Source of the DNA: Neocallimastix sp. 'constans'
Lineage: Eukaryota
Direction: 5' to 3'
DNA length: 64,000 nucleotides
Assembly (NCBI GenBank): GCA_050613775.1
Contig: JBODTK010000144.1
Coordinates: 310,001 to 374,000 of the forward strand
In this document: piece after piece, positions 56,280 to 64,000 of the stretch
How positions within the stretch are numbered: the stretch's first letter is position 1
Layout of the letters: every line of letters starts with the position of its first letter
Program-made: the position numbers and the translations under genes
The notes under the pieces: model-generated
Seen by the model: only the letters and a program-made list of their open reading frames with translations
The model's database searches: none
Told to the model about the DNA's origin: nothing

Positions 56280-57846
56280 AAATAGATAAAATATATGTTG
56301 ATTATCCTATTTATATATTTAATTTTTTCTTATTTTGTATAAAACGTTTTATTAAATAAATGTTAACTATCACTAAATAAATAAATAATTAATTAATTAA
56401 TTAATTAATTAAATGCGGATAAAAAAATTAAGTATTAACCAATTAGAAAAAAGTATATAATTTTTATGTTTAAAATAAGCATATAATTTATATCTATACA
56501 ATATAATTGATATAATTTATCCAAAGGTAATATAGATTACTTTTTTTTTTTATATTAAATTTTTCCATTTTCAATTTTCATTAATTATTTGGTATTATAC
56601 AAAAGATTTGATATGACTATAGATAAAATAAAATAATAGTAATAATAATAATTAATAAAAAAAAAATAAATAATATATAATAAATAATAAATAATAAATA
56701 ATAAATAATAAATAATAAATAATAAATAATAATTAAAAAATAATTGAATAATAAATAATAAATAATAATAATAAATAATACTAATAAATAATGAATAATA
56801 AGTAATAAATAATTATGAATAAAGTAAGAAACTTCCTATGAATGATAAATAATAAATTATAAAAGAATATTAATATGTCTTTGTTAATATTAGTTTGTTA
56901 TATTTAAATATTATCTTATATCAATAGAAAATAAAAAAATAATAATAATAATAATAATAATAAAATTTAATACTAATTTATATTTTTTAACAAACAATAT
57001 ATGTATATATATTTTCTTTTTTTGATTTTTTTGTTTTTAATCAATAATTATGTATAAGTGAAAAAAAATATTAAATAAAAAAACAATATTGATGAAATAA
57101 AATAAATTTAATAATTATTTATTCTTTCTTATTTTTATTTCTAAAATATTTTAATTGAGCAGTTCTTTTTTTTTTTTTTTTTTTTTACTTTAACTTTTAC
57201 TTTATTTAATCTAACCTTTAATGTTAATTTCATACTATACTATTTTAGAAATTTATTTTTTATTTTTTATGTAATCTTTTCATCAATTTATATATTAAAT
57301 TTATATATTATAAATAAAAACAATTTTTGATATTTTCAGATTACTTTCAGATTACTTAACTAATAATATTAACTTTTTTCTAAATATAAAAATTATCCAT
57401 TAAAAAAGAAAAAAAAAATTGTTATTTTTTTTTTTCTAAAATTAAGAAAGACAATAATAACAAAAATAATATTTATAATAATAATGATATTTATAATTAT
57501 TATGATATTTATGATATTTATAATAATATTTATAATGATATTTATAATGATATTTATAATGAAATTTATAATGATATTTATAATAATATCATTATATCAT
57601 TATTATATGATATAATATGAAATTAACGTTTAGTTTTATAATATTCATCTGTTCACTCATTTATTGGTTAAATACCAATGAATAATAATTTCATATGCTC
57701 ATTATAAATAAGATAAGATTCTATAGGTGTAAATATTGTTTATGGAATTTGATGTTATGAGATCAATGATTTTTTTGAATAATTTGTAATAATTAATTAT
57801 CCTTAACAAAAACATTGACCATTGATCAAGTTTAATAAAAAAAAAT

Positions 57847-58499
57847 TTATTTTATTTTATTTTATTTTATTTTATTTTATTTTATTTTATTTTATTTTAT
57901 TTTATTTTATTTTATTTTATTTTATTTTATTTTATTTTATTTTATTTTATTTTATTTTATTTTATTTTATTTTATTTTATTCAATCTGTACTTTATATTT
58001 ATATTTCTACTATTTATTTTATTTTATTTTATTTTATTTTATTTTATTTTATTTTATTTTATTTTATTTTATTTTATTTTATTTTATTTTATTTTATTTT
58101 ATTTTATTTTATTCAATCTGTACTTTATATTTATATTTCTACTATTTATTTTATTTTATTTTATTTTATTTTATTTTATTTTATTTTATTTTATTTTATT
58201 TTATTTTATTTTATTTTATTTTATTTTATTTTATTTTATTTTATTTTATTTTATTTTATTTTATTTTATTTTATTTTATTTTATTTTATTTTATTTTATT
58301 TTATTTTATTTTATTTTATTTTATTTTATTTTATTTTATTTTATTTTATTTTATTTTATTTTATTTTATTTTATTTTATTTTATTTTATTTTATTTTATT
58401 TTATTTTATTTTATTTTATTTTATTTTATTTTATTTTATTTTATTTTATTTTATTTTATTTTATTTTATTTTATTTTATTTTATTTTATGTTATTTTAT
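57847..58499. repeat. (TTTTA)n satellite with two inverted copies of the 34-bp motif
   Basis: CAATCTGTACTTTATATTTATATTTCTACTATTT at ~57982 and ~58114 is the reverse complement of the motif in 34459-34940. Confidence 0.95.
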
Positions 58500-58592
58500 T
58501 CGAAATATTATTTTTATTGATTGTTCTAGGTATAATAACAGATAATATATAATTTAATAAAGTAATAGTAAATATTTAGAATAAATAAATAA

Positions 58593-58637
<45 letters not shown>

Positions 58638-59724
58638 ATTGCTAAGAATGAGAAATTAGTTTAATTTAATAGTATTAAAAAAAATGTCAAATATATCAAA
58701 CTTTCTTAAAATATTGTTAAACTATATATATAATAAAATAAAATATATTGTTAAACTATATATATTATAATAAAATAAAATAAATAGTATAATGTGAATA
58801 TAAAGTACAGATTGAATAAAATAAAATAAATAGTTGAAATATAAATACAAAAAACAGATTGAATAAAATAAAATAAAATAAAAATGACTAAAATAAAAAT
58901 ATTATATAATTATTATATAAATGCCATTGAAATAAAATAATTGGATAGATTATTAACTACTATTATTTAACATTGATTAATATTAATAAACTTTATGGAT
59001 AATAATAATTATAAATAATTAGTATATAAAATTTTGTATAAAAAAAATATATATTTAATAATAATAATAATAATAATAATGATGATGATAATTATAATCA
59101 TTTTTATTTATATTATATATTAATCATTTTAGATATTTTCATGATCCATAATACTAGTTATCGAAAAAACATAACAAAACAAAACAATACAAAAAATATA
59201 TATATATATATATATGTATATAATTAATGAGGTTGATACAAAATTTTATTATAAATGAATTTTGGATTTTGATATTCTTATCATTAATGAACTTTAAATT
59301 TAATATGTTCATTTTAATTATGAAAATTGTAATCAATTTTATTTTAAAAATGTATAATGTTTTTATAAAATAAAGGAGAAACTTTAATATTTTAAATTTG
59401 TATTTTTTTTTTTTTTTTTTTTAATATTTTTTATTTAAAAAAAAAGATTTATGATTAAAATTTGTATTTGGGGTATATATTATTTTTATTAAAAAAAAAA
59501 AAAAAAAAAAAATCTTAATTTAAAAATTTCTTGAATTAGAATTTGTTAACTATATTAGTTTTTCCTCATTTTCAACTTAATATAGAATTATTATAAAAAA
59601 AAATTATAATCTTGATATTCTTAATAAATTATATTAATAAAATATGAAACTTATCAATTATAGGAATAATAAAGAAATACATTTTTTGATTATATTCATA
59701 TTTCTTTATATGATTTAAAGAATA

Positions 59725-61797
59725 GGTATGTTGCATTTCGGAACGTGGCTTATAAATAAAATTTTATTTTGTAATTTAACGCCCACATTTTTAACTTTTT
59801 TTTTTTTTATAAAAAATAATTTTAAATAAATTAATAAATATCAAAAAAAGAAAAATTTCTCATAAACACTTTATTTATAATTATTCAAAAAAAAAAAAAA
59901 AAAAAAGCATCAAATAAATAAATAAACACTAGATAAAATAAATAAAATAAAAAAAAATTAATTTAATAAATAATAAATTATAAAAAATTAAATACATTTT
60001 ATTTTTAACCATAAAAAATGGAAAAAAATCCAAATTTTGAAAAATGTGAAACAAAGAGAGGAAAAGCATGAGTTATTATACCTTTAAAATTTAAATATTA
60101 TTAAATATTATTAAATATTTTTTTATTATTATTTTAATAAAAAATATTAAAATATATCTTTAAAATTAAATATTATTAAATATTATTTTAATATTATTTT
60201 ACCAAGCATCAAAAAATTAAAAAATGAATTCAATATTTCTGTAGATCCTAAGGATGGAATAATCTTTAAAACTAAAAGAGGGACGAGAAAATCAGTGTTT
60301 ACTATTAATCAACCAATTTTCCAAAAGAGAATTTTGAGGTTAATTTTATCAAAGATTTTAATAAATTAATATCCAAAAAAGATAATTTAATTACCTTATC
60401 AAAATATAAAAAAAAAAAAAGACCTCTTCCTCTTCAACAAAGAGTACTAAAAATAAAGGTAAAGAACCAATGAACATTGACGAAATCCCTTTTTCCAATG
60501 AAGCTCCTGCATCCTCTTCTAAAAGCTATTCCTGTGCCTTCGCCTTTCATATTCTTGTCCCCTGGTAAAGTTAACACTTTCACTTTCACAAAAATTAATA
60601 CTGCTTAGAATAGTGCACCTTCAAAAAGAGATTTCAACTCTTTTGAAGAGTATAGACAGTATAAGGTTACTCAATCCAACCTCAAGCACGCGAAAGATTT
60701 TATTGAAAACTTTTCCTCTCATACACCTATCAAGACATCTCAACTCCAACCCTTTTTCATTGATGCAACTAACACTAACATCCAAAAGAAAAGTCCATTA
60801 GATGTCTTCGAAATGAAACCACCCGTCTTTGATGGTAATAAGGATCATGCTCAACAGTTCATAAACGAAATTTATACATTTTTGCTAATAACTATGTAAC
60901 ATTTGCATCCCTATCCAACTTATTCAAATTCCTTTATCTCTTGCCTTAATAATGTCTCCATGAAATTGGAATTTCATTATTTCCTACTCAGCCATCCTAA
61001 TTGTTCCATGGATGATTTAGGTCAAATTTTATTGCTAAATTTGATATTAAGATCATCAAAGAACTTTTCGAGACTTGGACTAATTATATACTTGATTACA
61101 AAAAATCCGGAAGCCTCTCAAAAAAAATTCTCGAAGAAGCAGTAAGAACCTAACATTTTATTAAAGTGGAACTTACTGGTTCACTACATAATGCGTTACC
61201 TTATTCTTGGAAATCGATTCTTAAAAAAAAAACATCTTTTGCCTTCTAACACCAACACGCATTATATAGATATATGGAATTTTATTCTTAATTGTTTGGC
61301 ACAAGAATTATTATTAAGGAATAAAAATCTGTTCTTTCTTTTCGCTATGAAGGTAGTAGTAGTAGTAGTAGTAGTAACAAATATAAAAGAGAAAATAAAA
61401 CATCAACATCAAGTAATTACCTGAATATAAAGAAAGAATCTGATTCAACAAATTCAGTTAATAAAACAAAAAGAAGAAAAAATTCTTTTTAAATCATATA
61501 AAAGGGATAAATAAATATAAATGAAAAATATCCCATCAAACAATGTAAACAATGTCATAAAAAAAGAATGGAACGAACTGACGAAAATATTGCCAAAGAA
61601 TTATAGGAAGAATCTATTTCCAACCATACGAGGAATGTATTTGAAATCGAAAAAAATTCATATAAACATTTATGGATGAATTCTCAAGGAAATCATAGAT
61701 ATACTTAATAGGAGAAAAAAAAAAAGTATTCAAAACCATTACCAAATTTACCAAATGTATAACTAATCGTTACAACTGCAATCATAAGTATCGACAG

Positions 61798-61853
<56 letters not shown>

Positions 61854-62454
61854 AAATATATCTTTAAAATTAAATATTTTATTATTTTTTAACAAAAAAA
61901 TATTAAAATATATCTTTAAAATTAATATTATTAAATATTATTTTATTATTTTTTTATCAAAAAATATTAAAATATATTTTTAAAATTAAATATTTTATTA
62001 TTATTTTAACAAAAAGATATTAAAATGTATCTTTAAAATAAAGTAATTTATTATTATTTTAACAAAAAAAATATGAAAATATATTTTTAAAATTAAATGT
62101 TATTAAATATTTTATTATTATTTTAACAAAAAAAATATGAAAATATATTTTTAAAATTAAATGTTATTAAATATTTTATTATTATTTTAACAAAAAAAAT
62201 ATGAAAATATATTTTTAAAATTAAATATTTTTATATATTTTATTATTACTTTAACAAAAAGTATTAAATTAATCTTTAAAATTAATATTATTAAATATTT
62301 TTCTATTATTTTAACAAAAATATTAAAATATAGCTTAAAAATTAAATATAAATAAATATTATAAATAAATATTACTTTATAAGATAAAATATAAGCCACA
62401 TTTATATATACAGTTTATTTCAATATAAACTCACGTTCCGAAATGCAACAACCC
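59725..62454. mobile_element. 2.7-kb non-autonomous TIR DNA transposon (Mutator-like?) with internal tandem array and Gag-like insert
   Basis: TIRs GGTATGTTGCATTTCGGAACGTG (59725) and CACGTTCCGAAATGCAACAACCC (ends 62454); imperfect 9-bp flanks TAAAGAATA/TTAAAAATA. An AT-rich ~45-60-bp repeat lies at ~60080-60200 and ~61853-62350. No intact transposase. Confidence 0.8.
60470..61150 (+). pseudogene. Degenerate retrotransposon Gag-like coding fragment
   Basis: ...KKSPLDVFEMKPPVFDGNKDHAQQFINEIYTFL (~60785-60890) resembles the PxxFDG...A..F N-terminal motif of LTR-retrotransposon Gag. Frameshifted on both sides. Confidence 0.5.
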
Positions 62455-62556
62455 TTAAAAATATTAACAATCCTAACCCTGATAAGTTGTTACTTGAAAT
62501 TGTCGTTCAAAGAAGTATAAAAAAAAACATTAAGAATACTTATGATAATCTATTCA

Positions 62557-62589
<33 letters not shown>

Positions 62590-63945
62590 CTATAATATAT
62601 ACAAATTTCATCATGAACACTTTTTTCTAAGTATTTAAATTTCAACATAAAAAAAAAAAGATTATTTTAAGAAGTGATAATTACTTTTACAAAGAAGAAT
62701 ATAAATAATTTTTTACAACATGAAAGAATGCAAGCTCTAGTTATAAAATTTAGTCCAGATTATGGTAGATGTTTAATAAAAAGATAATGTAGTAAAGATG
62801 GTAACTATTTAAATAATAAAAAAAAAGATTAAAGCATTATATTAAATGTTATTAAAAATAATATTAATGATATATTGTAATATTTATGATTATTATTATT
62901 AATTAATATAGAAAGATTAATATGTTTGGTATAATAACATGAAAAAATAAAAGATAAATCAATATATATATATATATATATAAATTAGTAAAATCGTAAT
63001 ACTTTTCAATATTAATACTGGTATTCTAACCCTAACCTACTAAATCACTTTTTTTTTTTTTTATCATTATGAAAATATATAAGAAATATTATTATAAATA
63101 ATGTTAGTTATATTTTTACAATTAAAATAATATCTCAATTTTTGAAACACTGTTTGAAAATACTAGTATTAATATCACTATAAATAATAGTTTCATTCAT
63201 AAAAAGAATAATCTAATAAATTTTTCAAAATAGTAATATTTATTTGAAAGTGGATTTAAAATATTTTTTTTTTTTTTTTGAAATATATTTATTGATATGA
63301 ATTTTTTTCAATGATTAATATAGTGATAAGAATAATAGCATTAATATTCTTAAATTTATTTATTTATTTTATTTTATTTTATTTAATTGTATTTTATTTT
63401 ATCTTATTTTATTTTATTTTTTTATTTTTTTTTTACATTAAGCAAAATTTATTTATTTTGGATATTAAAATTTTTTAATTTTGCTTTATATAACACATTT
63501 TACTCTTTTCATCTTTTTCATAAAGAGAGATTATTAATTCTATTTTCTTTAAATTTTTACATATTTAATAAATCTATATATTTAATTATTAGTATTAATT
63601 AATTAATAATAATATCTATTATTCTTGATAATGAAAGTATGAATTGCTTATTATTAATATTACAAACAATTTATTCTCATTCTAATTATTATTATTATTA
63701 ATATTATTATAATTATTAGTTTTAAACTCTATTTAATTATTTATATATATACTAATATAATCTTTTTTCATTAACCAGTATATTTTTTAAATTAATCTAA
63801 TAAAATGTCACCAATATTTATTTACTTATTTATTTAGTTAATTATTAATTAATTATTTATTAATATATTTATTCATTCATTTTAAATAATATATATAATA
63901 ATAATAATATTTATTATTTTTATATTAAATTTAAAAATATATATA

Positions 63946-63980
<35 letters not shown>

Positions 63981-64000
63981 AAAATTTATAAAATAATTCT

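Noticed and set aside
62470..63040. Telomere-like CCTAACCCT / CTAACCCTAACC snippets
   Set aside because: Only one to two units each; compatible with chance.

Overview
Extremely AT-rich, gene-poor, microsatellite-laden eukaryotic DNA with GT-AG spliceosomal introns. It most resembles an anaerobic gut fungus (Neocallimastigomycota); this is inferred from composition and gene content. Five plausible intact host genes: (1) a long coiled-coil/low-complexity ORF running off the left edge, with a CEP350-like motif; (2) a small N/Y-rich protein with a probable 9-nt micro-exon; (3) a CBM48-like protein whose spliced C-terminus is KKSFFKRLFSCCC; (4) a three-exon, secreted, probably GPI-anchored CE4 chitin/polysaccharide deacetylase; (5) a signal-peptide/TM/SH3 type-I membrane protein. 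The rest is a decayed ankyrin-repeat gene, several LINE fragments (two near-identical 3' fragments, each nested in an older relative), a Copia relic with a 3' LTR, and TIR elements sharing a GTTGCATTTCG core, one carrying a poly(A)-tailed Gag-like insert. The most notable unannotated system is a LINE/SINE community. A tRNA-headed SINE with a perfect 15-bp TSD has a 3' half derived from the LINE ORF C-terminus, and several short elements share a GTCTA-then-tail 3' terminus with the LINEs. Most ORF-track entries are microsatellite or antisense artefacts.
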